Assembly: GCF_036365525.1 (NCBI RefSeq)
Contig: NC_090404.1
Coordinates: 28,418,149 to 28,482,148 of the forward strand
Length of the DNA stretch: 64,000 nucleotides
Direction: 5' to 3'
Source: Heterodontus francisci
Lineage: Eukaryota
Shown piece by piece: positions 62,669 to 64,000 of the stretch. How positions within the stretch are numbered: the stretch's first letter is position 1; the number at the start of each line of letters is the position of its first letter. The notes beneath the pieces were generated by a model that saw nothing but the letters and a program-made list of their open reading frames with translations, was not told the origin of the DNA and made no database searches. A program made the translations under genes and the position numbers.

Positions 62669-64000
62669 TTTGTTTTATACTTTCTAAAACTTTGGGATTG
62701 TCCTCTTAAATATCAGAAAAATTTCCCATTGAGTGCTTTAAATAACCACTCATATCAATTAAATTGTGTTTATTGATTCCAATTTCTTGTGCCCAGACTT
62801 GGTGGTATTTTTTTGTACGTTAAAGACAGAAGTGCTTGCAACTATCTCTTCTTCTCAAGCACTTTGTCTCATTGATAAAGATGCTGTGATATTTGATGTC
62901 TGCAATTAAGTTCTTAAATTCTCAAAGCTGCTGGATCTCTTGCTGTGGCCTCAGTTCTCACATGGCCTTGGAACCTGCCGTCACCTGTTTAAAAAAAACA
63001 CAAAGAATCCATTGTGGCTCTGCCCCTGAGCCCAGTGGGTTAATTTGTCCACTTATATCTGTCAATTTAGAAATTTAAAATTTAACAATGTCCAATATGT
63101 ATAAATTTTACTCTCAGCAATGCAAAAATTGTGTGGTGGATTAAATGGAAAAAACAATAGCTGCAGCAGGGTTAATGTCTTTGTCTGTCTCCAAGGGGGT
63201 GGAGCAAAACATTCTCAGCTGCATCACTTTACGTAACCTTTTTTCTGATCGAAAAGAACTACTCTCCACTTTAAACTTTTTTCAATCCTTTTGGTATCCT
63301 TAGGGTTTGAAAACAACAAAATCATTAGTAACATTATCAACTTCAAAGGAAAGCATCTCCATCAGGAAAGACAGCATTTTAGATTAAAGTCCAATTATTA
63401 CCAAACTTTTAACATCTTTTGTAAGAGGTTTCTGATGCCAGGATTTTTTTATAACAAAGATGGTTCCAAATTCCAATTCACTGCAATAAATATTTAAAAA
63501 CCAAAACTGCCAATGTTATATGAACGAGTCTTGTGTCCGGAACTGAAGACTCCTCCAAAACTTGACGTAATAAACTTGAAAGTTCATTGTGGCCACAAAT
63601 GAAATTTCCAGTTTTTCAACTTAACAGGTCAATTAACCTTAATCGTATAAACTTAACTCAGACTTATTAACTTATAATTCTTATTAACTACACACAGAAC
63701 AGAATAGCACGTGCTTTGTTTTTAAGATGGTAAATTACATCATTTTCCTTGTTCTTCAGGCGTCTTTTCAAATGACTGTAATAAAACCAAAAACTAAAGA
63801 AAAAGTTATTTAACATTCTTAACGCAAAAAATTTAACACCAACTCCTTACACAAACTTTAAACAGGATTTCTTTCCCATATCTCCTTTGTTTATCTTTCT
63901 CTCCCTTAAACCAATATCCAATTCCTGACATTTGCTACTTAAACACATTCAGTAAAACATGTCTTCAAGTTTAGACTGCAAAATAAAGCAATAGCAGAGT

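Larger units (their letters stand above)
59294..64000 (-). mobile_element. Defective, internally deleted and rearranged ERV (spuma/class-III-like); 5' LTR not seen in window
   Basis: RT, IN and env fragments followed by PPT and LTR. Confidence 0.85.

Overview
Repeat-dense vertebrate genomic DNA, almost certainly from a shark or other elasmobranch (HE1-type V-SINEs, Deu-domain SINEs, CR1/L2/RTE LINEs, Penelope-like fragments). Three zones. (1) 1-17.2 kb is the edge of a rearranging antigen-receptor locus. It holds two apparently intact TCR alpha/delta-type V segments, each with leader exon, V exon and 23-bp-spacer RSS. A third, decayed V segment absent from the ORF track is split by SINE and RTE insertions. 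(2) 26-58.6 kb holds a GPR139-like GPCR pseudogene, a 46/54-bp minisatellite, an NRF1-motif CpG island and three tandem C2H2 zinc-finger exons, all damaged. (3) 59.3-64 kb is the 3' part of a defective endogenous retrovirus on the minus strand, with a solo LTR of the same family at 51.7 kb. It has a spuma/class-III-like RT fragment, a non-gamma-type Env with short SU and long TM, and an integrase piece misplaced inside env. Penelope 3' ends carry minimal hammerhead-ribozyme-like motifs. All family calls come from motifs recognised by eye; no searches were run, and boundaries of old repeats are approximate.
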